Source: Amoebidium appalachense
Lineage: Eukaryota > Protista > Ichthyosporea
Direction: 5' to 3'
Assembly: GCA_963693365.1 (NCBI GenBank)
Contig: CAVNZM010000003.1
Location: 14,863,143-14,927,142, forward strand
Length of the DNA stretch: 64,000 nucleotides
Position numbers and translations under genes: made by a program. Shown one piece after another: positions 26,147 to 38,461 of the stretch; position 1 is the first letter of the stretch; every line of letters begins with the position of its first letter. The notes beneath the pieces are model-generated. The model had not been told where the DNA came from, ran no database searches, and saw only the letters and a program-made list of their open reading frames with translations.

Positions 26147-26197
26147 AGCCTGATTCGCGTTCGAATCAGGCGGACGCGAATCAGGCTTACCCGCTAG
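26147..26197 (+). other. 14-bp perfect hairpin followed by CTAG (Helitron-3'-end-like)
   Basis: AGCCTGATTCGCGT (26147-60) pairs with ACGCGAATCAGGCT (26174-87). CTAG at 26194-97. Confidence 0.45.
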
Positions 26198-26373
26198 AAG
26201 CAACGACACCAAAATAGCGCTCCGACCGTAATGAACTTGCGTCATTGAACATTAATTTTCTGCGCTCTAGTAGTACCAGTGTCAACCTTTTTCTTTCTTT
26301 TTGCCCTTCCTTCCTTCCTTCCTTCCTTTCTTTCTTTTTCTTATTAGTTCACAACATCTTTCCGCTGCCTAAG

Positions 26374-26411
<38 letters not shown>

Positions 26412-26527
26412 TCTCACTTTATCTCCGTCGGTAGTTCACCATCTCCCTTGCATAAGCCCCCTCCGAGAGCACCAATCCATACGGCAGCTCCACTCTCTTT
26501 CTTAGTGTTTGGCGTGTGTAAGAGAAC

Positions 26528-26911
26528 ATGGAGGACCAAATAACCCTCGAGCCCTTGGGGCACACGTCCAACTTTGCACGACTCTATGAGGATGGAAAAC
26601 TGTGCGACTTGATTCTCAGAGCTGTTGGCAGGGAGGGCAACACGCAAGACTTCAAGTCCACCGGGTTATTATTGTAAGGAACCTCCCTCTCCCTTAACCT
26701 GCCTCCCTCCCCGACTCTCCCCATAATTCCCTTCCCCTTCCCTCCCTACCCCCTTCCCTCCCTCCCTCCGTCCCTTCCTCCCTACCTCCCTCCGGATCCC
26801 TTCCTAACTCCACCCGTCCCTTCCTCCTTCCCTCCCTCTTCTCTTTCCATTCCCCCCTCCACCCCTTTCCCCATTCCCTGTCTCTCTCTCCTCTCTCTCT
26901 CTCTCTCTCGC

Positions 26912-26970
<59 letters not shown>

Positions 26971-27064
26971 CTCTCTCTCTCGCTCGCTCGCTCTCTCTCT
27001 CCCTCCCTTCCTCCCTCCCTCCCTGCCTCCCTGCCTCCCTCCCTCCCTCCCCGCCTCCGTTCCT

Positions 27065-27111
<47 letters not shown>

Positions 27112-28541
27112 ACACTCTCTCTCCCTCCCTCCCTACCTCCCTCCCCCCCGCCCCCCTCTCTCTTCCTCTCGTCCCCTCCCCCCCCCCCCCCAACTCCCTC
27201 TCGCTCTCTCGTCACCCCTCCCCCTCCCCCCCCCCCTCCCCCTCTCCCTCCCCAGCCCCTCCGCCACTCGCCCAAAAAAAATAAAACCTTTCCTTTCGAT
27301 GTCTTCTCCGCCTCCTCTCTTCTCCGCCTCCTGCGTCTCCCCACAAACATACCAGCACCACCACGAATTGTTGGTTTTAGGTCGTTTTTTCTCCTTTAAT
27401 GGCACCCTCCCCAGTTTGTCACCTGCGAGCTGATATCGAAGATGACAGAGAGCAAGAAGAGTGTTTATCCCTCTTCCCCAAACACACACACACACACACA
27501 CACACCCACACCCACATACAGACACACACTGGTTCCTTCCTTCCTCTCTCTCTCTCCCTCTCCCCCCCCCCCCCCCCCCCCCCCTCTCTCTCCCCCTTCC
27601 CTCCCTCCCCCCCCCCCCCCCCCCCCCCGTCCCTCCCCTCTCTCTCCGTCAGATTCTCTCTCGCACCCTCCCTCCCTCCGCCTTTGCGTATGAGGAGGGC
27701 CATGGCTCTGCCTATTTCGCACTAAATTAAATTTAACTAGTGCTTATTTTATAATCTGCGACCTGACTAATCTTAACCCGGGCACTCTGCTCTCTACCCG
27801 CCACTTGTTCCTTCTTTCCCCCCAGCATCCCCCCCCCCCCCCACCCCCCCCCCCCCCCCTCCCTCCCGGTCCCCCCTTCGTGCCCTCCCCTCCCCTCCCC
27901 CCCCCTCGCCCCTTCCTCTCCCCCCCTCCCCCCCCCCCCCCCCATCGCCCAGATCCCTTCTTCCTCTTTTCCATCTCTTTCCTCTCCTCTCGGCTTTCTC
28001 TTTCCTCCTTTTCGCTTGCCTTTCACCTCTGAGGTCCTCTTCCCTGTCCCCCCTGCCCCCCCGCCCTTCCCTCCCCCCCCCTCCCCCCCCCCCCCCACAC
28101 CTCCCCACTCTGCCCCTGAGCACAGAAAATGCTTATGATGCATACTCTTTTTGTGTGCTCTAGTGCTTCTGAATTGTTTTGTCCGTCGTGACTCCAACAC
28201 AATCTAACCAACCCTCCCTCCCCCCTCTCCCCCCCACCCCACCCTTCTCCAGGCCGGAGCCAGCACATACTGGGAGAATCTTCTAGCGTCCGAGTGGCCC
28301 GTGGAGGCCGGCGGGGCTGTGGTGTGTGTGCAGACAGACCCCCGGGGGCTGGCCGTGCTTGTGCGGCACAGCTACGGCCTGGCCGTGGCCATGTCCCTGG
28401 AGACGGCCCTGATTGCCCTCAATGCCGCTGACATGGTGCGTGCTATTTGGTTACGTTGTTTAATGGTGTGCGTGTGCGCGCGCGCGCGTGTGTGTGTGTG
28501 TGTGTGTGTGCGTGCGTGTACGCGCGTGCGTGCGTGTACGC

Positions 28542-28576
<35 letters not shown>

Positions 28577-28690
28577 TGGGAGGGAGAGGGAGGGAGAGGG
28601 AGTGAGGGGAGAGAGAGATAAAGAGAGAGAGAGAGGGAGCGTTTATTTGTAATATTGTGGGTATGTGTATGTGTTGCGCGCACGCGCTCG

Positions 28691-28779
<89 letters not shown>

Positions 28780-30220
28780 CATGTGTGCGTGGGTTCGTGC
28801 GTGCGTGCGTCCGTGTGCGCGTGTGTGCTTGCGTGCGTCTGTAAGTATTTGTGTGTGTGTAGTATGTTCGTGTGGGAGGGTGCCACCATCTTAGCTCTGT
28901 TGGTCGCTGACAGGGGTAATTTGTTCTCACACTTTCTACACTGCTTGTAATGCACACCGTTTCTCTCTCCCGGTGTGTCTGTTGTGCATTCACATGCATG
29001 CATGTACCTGCACTTATATGGAATAAATCGATTGTGGTTTGATGTATGTTGGTATGCCGAGAGGCCCTGTACATGTGTGTGTGTGTTTTTTTTTTTTTTT
29101 TTTTTTTTTTTTTGGGGGGGGGGGGGGGGGGAGGCATATAGATTCTGTTGTGCTGGCATTCGGCTAAATGATTCTATCCCACAGTTTCTGATGGAAATCC
29201 TCAAACTGGTTTTGCGCAAAAAGATCATCCAGTCCAACCCATCTTTCGAAGCCAACGAGATTCTCTTTCTGCGAATTGCAATCAACCACGCCCAGCAACA
29301 AACGGAAACTTCAAACACACCGGAGAACCCTCCAGAAAAACTGCATAGGCCGGAGTCTGTGTCAGACAACAGCAGCTACGATCCGTTGCTTATTTGCGAT
29401 GAGGTGCTACCGAACTATTTTTGGACCAAAACGGTCGAAAAAGCCCATGTTCTCATCTCGAACGGCATCCACCTCCCATTGCTTCCCCTCACGTTTGTTC
29501 GCTTCTTTCTTGCAGACAGTTTTGTGAACGCACAGGAGATTGATTTGTTTCGGTGGGCAGCGAAGTGGGCCAAAGCCGCAAACACTCCGTTTGGGAAAGT
29601 AGCCGAAAGCATTTGGTACCCTTTAACGACGTCAGAGGAACACTACGAGGTTGAAAAGTCGGATTTGGTCGACCCGAAATTGCTTCTTTGCGCCCATCGT
29701 GTCAGAGAGGGAGGACGGCTGGGGGGAGACAACGAAATGTTCCATGCCCCCCCCCTATGGTTCACACCCCGCATGTGCCACGCTTTCAGATTCAAGGTGC
29801 CCGCTGATTTTTTCGAAAACCGCCAGAACTTGTGGGACCAGACAGGATATATTAAGATCGGCGGCAACATGTGGGAAATTGAAATAATCAAGTCATTTGT
29901 TGGAGATAATTTTCGCTGTAAATTCGGTTTGAGTTTGCTACCTTATCGTAAGATGTGCCCACATCACATTGAACACTGTATGCAGATGGGATCGACTTTG
30001 GCGTGTTTGTTTCAGGACAAAACAGCGAGTGTTCATTAGCAACACAAAACTGGACCAGTGGCATACACGTTACTGGGAAACACATTCAGGTTTGAAGGGG
30101 ATGAAATTTGAGAAGGAATGCAGTGCGGAGGAAATGCGTGCCTGGATGGATGATAGGGGGACCATAACCTTCAGCTTTGGTATAGTTGTGCGGATGCTGA
30201 ACTGCGAACGGATTAAGTAG
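26528..30220 (+). pseudogene. BTB-BACK-MATH-like protein, paralog 1 (two frameshifts)
   Basis: Exons 26528-26673, 28253-28435 and 29185-30220 with GT-AG junctions. Relative to paralog 2 there is a 1-nt loss in DFN-VHRVI (exon 1) and a 2-nt loss at DKT-ERV (~30023). BACK motif EIDLFRWAAKW…IWYPL. Confidence 0.75.
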
Positions 30221-30686
30221 GTTGCTGTGCTGCTTTCAGTATGAGTAGGTAGGATAAGGCAAAATGTAGTTAGCCTACTTAAAGCCCTAATAGTAGGTAT
30301 GTGTTGCTTAGTCTAGCTTAGTTTAAACAGATAAAGGTGTTTATTCGAACATTTTATGCACGTGTATCTATATCAGTAGAAACTTTTGTATTTGTATATA
30401 TAGCAGTGTGAGTTAGCCTGTATGTACATCGACATTCGCCAATCCAGGGGTGGAAAAACGTTGTCATGTGTAGGAAAGCACAACTTTCAATGTGAATTAG
30501 ATTCGCATAATAATGAAAAACATAGATTCTGAATAGCCCGGCCAAGATGATTATTAAAGAGTTTCGGGAATTCTGCATACCTTCTTCCTAAACTCCCCTT
30601 CCACTCCTCCCCCCCTTCCCCCCCTCCCCCCCGCCCCCCGTGTGCGCTTCCCTCCTCCCCTTCCGCTGCACACGCACGCACGCACG

Positions 30687-30781
<95 letters not shown>

Positions 30782-30798
30782 CACACACACACACACAT

Positions 30799-30841
<43 letters not shown>

Positions 30842-30944
30842 TGCACCTACGCACGTAGGCACACGTGCAAACAAACTTACATACACGTATCACACACAAT
30901 AATGTCATACACACACACACGGCCCGCTTGCACGATACACACAT

Positions 30945-30986
<42 letters not shown>

Positions 30987-31600
30987 GCACACACGCACGC
31001 ACAACATAAACACATACAGAGGGATAGAGAGACAGAGCATGTGCCAATAAACAAGCACACACGTGCACAGCCACACACAAACAAACAAAAACATGCGCAC
31101 AAGCGCGCGCAACACACACACACCCGAGGAACCTCGGACCGAGAACAGGGGGAATGAGGGGGGGGATGGGTTGGGAGTCGTGGGGCTGCGCAGGCAAAAA
31201 AGCAATTCGACGGGCAACTAGTACTGTACATGTGGCAAATCACCTGTGTGGAGGAAAATTTCGATGATAGCGAGATGTGTGGGCGGCTGTATATACTATA
31301 GGCAGGTGAATTCTGAAGCTTTGTGTGCAATGCTTGTGTGTATGCGGTGCACGTCGGGTGTTGGATGGCCTGAGAGATAACATTAAAAGCAATATTAATA
31401 CAACGGTTCCAAAACAACTATGCGGCACCAAGGACGAGGTCCAAAGGGGCATCCCTGTCTAGAATGCATGAGAAAACTATCGCACCAAAATAGCGCCCAT
31501 AATGATTGTGCTACCTGGCGTGGATGTGTGTGCAGTGCACGTGTGTGTGTGTGTGTGTGTGTGTATGACGTGTGTGTGTGTGTCACAGTGTGTGACGTGT

Positions 31601-31662
<62 letters not shown>

Positions 31663-31721
31663 ATGTGTGTGTGTGACGTGTATGTGTGTGTCACAGTGTG
31701 TGACGTGTGCACGTACCACGG

Positions 31722-31754
<33 letters not shown>

Positions 31755-31825
31755 ATGGGCACCACGGTGTGTGATGTGTTTGTAGATGTTCGTCATGTGT
31801 ATTAATGTGTATTTTTGCAAGGATT

Positions 31826-31869
<44 letters not shown>

Positions 31870-32094
31870 CATGTGTGTACATGAGTGTGTGTGTATATAC
31901 GGTGTGTGTTTGTAGACATTGTTTGCGTGTGAACGTAAATATGTATGTGTTTGTTTTTGTGTGTAGATGTGTCTGTGTGTACATGTTGGGTGAGCACAGT
32001 GCTTGAAACCAAAGAACGAACACAGGCCAACACATATGGCATGGCAGTAGAGTGCCATGCCGTGCATGGCCAACAGCACGTACTCAACCCCCCG

Positions 32095-32125
<31 letters not shown>

Positions 32126-32212
32126 ACCACCACCACCACCACCACACACACACCGAAAAGGTCACATTGCCTCTTTTTGTTGTTAACGTTTTCTTTTTTC
32201 TTTTTTTTTTTT

Positions 32213-32254
<42 letters not shown>

Positions 32255-32399
32255 GGCAAAGACAACGGCCCGGGAGCCCATTGTAGTCCTCAAGCTAAGA
32301 TCTTAAGGTATCACAATGTCATAACTATTCATTTCCCTCGTACTAAAGGCATGATCTAGAACATATGTATACGTCAGTCGGTGAAAGGCAAGCTCATAT

Positions 32400-32610
32400 G
32401 CATGCTTCCACAAGTGGTCAAACGGCATAATCAACAGCATCTAAGAGGCTACAGAGCTCAAGCTGCCAAATATGGTAGTAAAGGCATTAACAAACATCTG
32501 ATAGGCTAGCTTATGTTACCATATATGGAAAAAGGGCACAACTAACAGCATCTACAGATAGGCCAGCGTTAATAACCAAAGACGGTAGTACGGGCACGAT
32601 CAACAGCGGT
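32400..32610 (+). repeat. Degenerate ~58-bp tandem repeat (about 4 copies)
   Basis: Recurring GGTAGTAAAGGCA…AACAGCATCT…ATAGGC-like units downstream of paralog 2. Confidence 0.5.
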
Positions 32611-32847
32611 GTAACCGATTTCACAAAGCAACAACAATGGCAGCAGCTGGGAATTTAAAGATTATTATCACGCCCCGCCACTGTACAAAAAATGTACATG
32701 TAAAATAAATTCGACATTGAAGTTTGGCATAAGCCCCCATGCAGCACAACCGAGGCCTTGTCGGGCGAAACGGAGATAGAATGCTCATAATTAACCACGG
32801 GCCAACATAGTATAATCGGACAGAGCTAACAAGAAAGCAAGCTGGGT

Positions 32848-34285
32848 TCACTGTGCTTGATTACGCTCATCTAAAAAAAGAAGCCTTGATGATGGTTGTA
32901 TATATCTTAAGTTGCATTCCGTAACCCGAGCAACCATGCCCACACTCAAGGTTATGTTACCACTACCATCAACCCAATCTTGCAGCTCCTCAGTGCCGAA
33001 CCGGTGTTTGCAAGACATGCCTGCCTTGGGTGTAGAAGGACCCCAGAACCGAGTTGCCCAAGTCTTATCTTCCAATTTGCTAATATACACCCGCTCGGTT
33101 TTGTCCGGTGACAGGTACCCGACAGTCACAACCAACCGCACACTGTGTTCTTTGTGATGGACGCAAGCAGAAGCTCCCGGAACCAGACTCAAAGCAAAAC
33201 GGAAGCACAGTTTTCCGTCATTCAACACCTTGTCAAGATGTAATTTCCATTTCAGGGTGCACATCTCAAATACATCTGACTGGAACTTTTCTTCTCTGCC
33301 ATTTTCAAAGACGTCATCGGGCAACTCAAGGCTCACCGTTTTGCACATGCGGGGAGTCATCCACTGAGAGGGGCCATGGTACATGCCTTCCTGCCGCAGC
33401 CCCACCTCTCTGACACGATGGACACAGAGAAGCATTTTCGGGTCGACCAAATCCGACTCTTCAACTTCGTAGAGTTCCTCTAACGTCATTAATGGGTACC
33501 GAATGCTTTCAGCAATGTCCCCAAACGGAGTGTTTGTGGCTTTGGCCCATTTTGCCGCGCACCGAAACAAATCAATCTCCTGTGCGTTCACAAAACTGTC
33601 TGCGAGAAAGAAGCGAATAAATGCGAGGGGAAGAAGTGGGAGGTGGCTGTCGTTCAAGATGAGAACATGCGCCCTTTCGACCGTTTTGTTCCAAAAATAG
33701 TTTGGTAGCACATCATCACATATCAGCAACGGATCGTACATACTGTTGCCTGCCGGGGTTTCCACCCTCTGACGTTTTTCTGGCGGGTTCTCCGGTGCGT
33801 ATGAAACTTCCCTTTGGTGCTGGGCGTGGTTGATTGCAATTCGCAGAAAGAGAATCTCGTTGGCTTCGAAGGATGGGTTGGACCGGATGATTTTTAGGCG
33901 TAGACGCAGTTTGAGGCTTTCCATCAAAAACTGGGGAACCCAAATGCTTAGATATCACCCTTCATATGTCCCCCTCCCCCCCCTCCCCCCCCCCCCCCCC
34001 CCCCCCCCCCCCAGCACACATGCATACATCCAACCAACCCTATCCTCCCTCCCCAGCACACAGGTACCACACACTGCACCCTACCATCCCCCACCTCTCC
34101 GACTCCACAGAACATACACACGCTTCCAACAACCACCGTTTTCACTTCTATGTACACACACGAACATAACATGTGTCCTTTATCACATACAAGGAAACTG
34201 GGCTCCCCTGTGAAACTTGCTCCTGACAAGCACCGACAGACTGAACTCGTTTGTAATAATAGAACCTCCCGGGCGCAAATGCCAC

Positions 34286-34346
<61 letters not shown>

Positions 34347-34388
34347 GCGCGCACACGCACATGCACATGCACATGCACACGCACACGC

Positions 34389-34442
<54 letters not shown>

Positions 34443-35074
34443 ACCATTAAACAACGTAACCAAATAGCACGCACCATGTCAGCGACATTGAGGGCAATCA
34501 GGGCCGTCTCCAGGGACATGGCCACGGCCAGGCCGTAGCTGTGCCGCACAAGCACGGCCAGCCCCCGGAGGTCTGTCTGCACACACACCACCGCCCTGCC
34601 GGCCTCCACGGGCCACTCCGACGCTAGAAGATTCTCCCAGTATGTGCTGGCTCCGGCCTGCAAAGGGGGGAAGGGGGGAGGGGGAGGGGGGGGGGGGGGG
34701 AAGGGGGAAGGGTACGAGGACGAATAGGGTGAAACTGAGAAAGAAGGTAAGGGAAGTGAGAGAGGGAGATGCTCTCAAAGAGAGAGGAAAAGGGAGAGGG
34801 AGGGAGTGAAGGACGCAGGCAAGAAAGCAGGAACAAATGTGCGTGGGGAGCCGAGTGTGTGTGTGTGTGTGTGTGTGAAGGAGGGGGGGGAGGGGGGGGG
34901 GGGGGGAGGGAGGGTAAAACAAGCAGAGCACTGTGATTGTCAACACAGGGGAGGGAGGGAGGGGGAGGAGGGGGGAGATGGAACGAACACGGGGTGCCCA
35001 ACTGCCATCCCATGTTTTCAGCGTTTTTGGAAACTTATTTGCCAACTGCCATTTCTCGGTATTTGCGAACATCC

Positions 35075-35109
<35 letters not shown>

Positions 35110-35243
35110 CCCCCCCCCCCCCCCCCCTCTCTCTCTCCCCCCCCCCCTCCTTATCTCTCCATCTCTCCCTAGCTCTCTCTCCCCCCCCTATCTCCCCCCC
35201 CCCCCCTCCCCCCCCCCCCTCTGTCTCTACCCCCTTCTTTCTT

Positions 35244-35278
<35 letters not shown>

Positions 35279-35930
35279 CTCTGGAGCTCGTTCCCCTCCC
35301 TCCCCCCCTCCCCCCCCCCCCCCCCCTCTCCCCCCCCCCCTCCCCCCCCTCTCTCTCTAACTCTGCCCCTTTTTCTCTTCTTCTCGCTCTCACCCTCCCT
35401 CTCTCTCTCTTTTTTGAAGTGGGGGCGGGGGGAGGGGGTACGGGGGGAAGGGAGAGAGAAGAGGTAAAAGATGGAGGTGTTCGGGGAAGGGGGTGAAGGA
35501 GAGGAACAGCGATAGAGAAACAGGGAGAGGCGGAGAGGGTAAGAGAGAGAGTAGTGAGGGAGGGAGGGAGGGAGACGGAAAGAGATAGAGGGGGGGGGGG
35601 GGGGGGGGAAGGGGATGAGGTTAAGGAGTGAGGTGTTAGGGGGCCGGGGAAGGAAAGAGGAAGGAGAGAAATGGGCGGAGGAGAAGAGGGAGAGAAAGCA
35701 GAAGGTTGGAGGGATGAAGAAAGAGGAAGATAGGAGAACTGAGAGAAAATGGAGAGGGAAGGGGGAGGGAGAGGGAGTGAGAGAGGGAAAGGGAAAGGGA
35801 GTGGGAGTGGGAGGGTGGGAGTGTGAATGTGACTAAACGAGAGAAGGGGGGAAGCGAGAAAAAGAGAAAAAGGGGAACAATGGGAGAGAGAGAGAGGGGG
35901 GGGGGGGGGGGGGGGGGGGGAGCGAGCTCC

Positions 35931-36009
<79 letters not shown>

Positions 36010-36034
36010 CCAGAGGAAGCAAGAAAGAAGGGGT

Positions 36035-36119
<85 letters not shown>

Positions 36120-36470
36120 CACACACACACACAGACACAGACACACACGCACACAGAGAGAGAGAGAGATAGCGAGAGCGACAGAGAGAGAGAGGAAGAG
36201 GAAGAGGAAAGAGGGAGACACAGAGAGAGAGGGAGGGAGGGAGGAAGAGAGAGAGAGAGCGAGCCAGCGAGCGAGCAAGCGAGCATGAGAAAAGCGGGAA
36301 CAGGGAGAATGAGGGTTCGTTACCAAGATAACCCGGTGGACGTTGAAGTCTTGTGTTATGCCCTCCCTCCCGACTGCTCTGAGTGTCAAGTCGCACAGTT
36401 TTCCCGCCTCATAGAGCTGGGCAAAGTTGGACGGGTGCCCAAAGGGCTCAAGCGTTATTTGGTCCTCCAT
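32848..36470 (-). CDS. BTB-BACK-MATH/TRAF-like protein, paralog 2 (intact, 470 aa); probable Cullin-3 substrate adaptor
   Basis: Exons 36470-36324 (147 nt), 34657-34475 (183 nt) and 33930-32848 (1083 nt), all phase 0 with GT-AG. BTB: [12 protein letters not shown]…[15 protein letters not shown]…ADMFLMESL. BACK: [11 protein letters not shown]…[15 protein letters not shown]-like: [15 protein letters not shown]…FWG…[17 protein letters not shown]. Confidence 0.85.
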
Positions 36471-36792
36471 TGTCCGTACGTGCTTTACGCTGATTAATTG
36501 ATGCTCACAGATGAAGCTGATGCGGGGTTCATAAAGCTAAAGCTATGTGGAGATTAAACGAAAAAAAAAGTTAAGTGTCTATTATAAGAGAAGACGTTGC
36601 AACGAAGGGCCGCGGCAGGCATCATTTTGTACGCTCGCGGCTCGCTGAAGAGCCGCCATAGTCTAAAGCATGTACACTGTGTGCACATCAGATTATTAGT
36701 TTTGTAGCAATCCTCATTTAGATCGATTTGAGAATGACGTATTATTGTGACAGACTAACATGACTACGCAACCGCGTCCCGTGTTTGATACA

Positions 36793-37372
36793 CACGTTTT
36801 TTTCTTTCACACGTTTTTTTTCTTTCACACGTTTTTTTCTTTCTCACACGTTTTTTTCTTTCACACGTTTTTTTTTTCTTTCACACGTTTTTTTCTTTCA
36901 CACGTTTCTTTCACACGTTTTTTTCTTTCACACTTCACACGTTTTTTTCTTTCACACGTTTTTTTCTTTCTCACACGTTTTTTTCTTTCACACGTTTTTT
37001 TCTTTCACACGTTTTTTTTTTCTTTCACACGTTTTTTTCTTTCACACGTTTCTTTCACACGTTTTTTTCTTTCACACTTCACACGTTTTTTTCTTTCACA
37101 CGTTTTTTTCTTTCTCACACGTTTTTTTCTTTCACACGTTTTTTTCTTTCACACGTTTTTTTTCTTCTTTCACACGTTTTTTTCTTTCACACGTTTCTTT
37201 CACACGTTTTTTTCTTTCACACGTTTTTTTCTTTCACACACGTTTTTTTCTTTCACACACGTTTTTTTCTTTCACACGTTGTTTTTTTTTCTTTTTTTTC
37301 TTTCTTTACTTTCTCTACTTAGGCATCGGCCTTTACTTAGGCATCCACCTCTACTTAGGCCCCTTGAGGGGC
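36793..37372 (+). repeat. 5' tandem array (T5-9CTTTCACACG)n of ~30 copies, followed by 3x 18-bp TACTTAGGC units
   Basis: ~16-bp unit with higher-order repetition over 36793-37280. CTACTTAGGCATCGGCCT-type units at ~37315-37372, just before the ORF1 ATG. Confidence 0.9.
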
Positions 37373-37387
37373 AGCTAGAACCCACCC

Positions 37388-38459
37388 ATGGCGTCTCAGG
37401 ATGCATCCTTGTCCCCGGACCCTCCTGGGACACCGCCTGGGAGCCGCAAACGTGATACACGGGAAGGAGAATCCCCAGATAAGAGGCTAACTAAACTGAG
37501 CCGAGCGGAACAGGTTCCCTTTCCCGAGGTTAAAGCGCCACCGGCCGTGCTGCCAGCAAGTAGTTTTATTACGAAAGAAAAACTGCACTTGATACCCGAG
37601 AAGGCTAGGAAATCCGTGCTCAAACTTATGGCGCATCATGAGCAGCTCCGCACCCAAGTCTCCGACTTAACAACCCAAGTAGCTGAGTATAAAGCCAAAC
37701 AGGACCACACAGACCTCCTTGTTCAGCAAATGGAGACGCGCTTACGGCAGCTGGAAGCTGACCGGGCAACCCCCACCGGCCCTGCCCACGCGGGCCCGGC
37801 CCCTGCAGCACAGGCAACCCCCGATGGGTTACCCACCCCCCCGGGGTCTCCCAAGTTCATACCCACAACGAATCCTAAGGTGTACCGCACTACGGTGGAC
37901 GCCAAGACCGTGTACGTGTCCGAGAGAGTCAAAACGTATGCCGAGTCGGTGGCCCAGACCCACGGGGCTACCCAGGCTTTGGCAGCCCTTGCCGCAGCGT
38001 CAGCACTGCACCCAACCCGCCGCCCTCGGGTGGCGTCTGACCCTGCCCCTCAGGGTACCGACGAGTCCGAGTTGACCACTGCAGCCTTCACCATGGTGCC
38101 GGCCAACATCAGCACCATGCGTGACCGTCTTGCGTGCCGGCTACCGTGATACCCTCATAAACATCATCCAACGTGCTACCGACGCCACCTTTCTCGCAGA
38201 CTTCGATCCTACGGCTCCCTACAACACCACACTTAACCGTGTTGATGCAGAGGCCGCTGCCCGGGCCTCTTGGCAACGCCGGGTGCTTGCAAGAATGGCC
38301 AACGCCCACGCATGGGCTGTCAAGGCAGCCACACTTTACCCGGCACACGACAGCCGGGCCAAAACAGCAGCTGAGGTGCGTGCCTACTGGGAGGCTCAGC
38401 ACGTGCAGGTCTTCAGCAAGCCCTACGACCCCACCGCCGCACCAGCCAACTCCCAGTAA
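37388..38459 (+). CDS. Retrotransposon ORF1 (coiled-coil protein), split by a frameshift near 38130-38149
   Basis: Overlapping frames 37388-38149 and 38121-38459. Coiled coil LKLMAHHEQLRTQVSDLTTQVAEYKAKQ…LRQLEADR. The stop lies 2 nt before the ORF2 ATG. No CCHC knuckle seen. Confidence 0.7.
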
Positions 38460-38461
38460 GC

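Noticed and set aside
37315-37372. TTAGG(C) motifs as telomeric repeats
   Set aside because: Only three copies embedded in 18-bp monomers, not a contiguous telomere tract.
36760-37455. 231-aa and 197-aa Phe/His/Thr-rich ORFs
   Set aside because: Translation of the TTTTTTCTTTCACACG tandem array.
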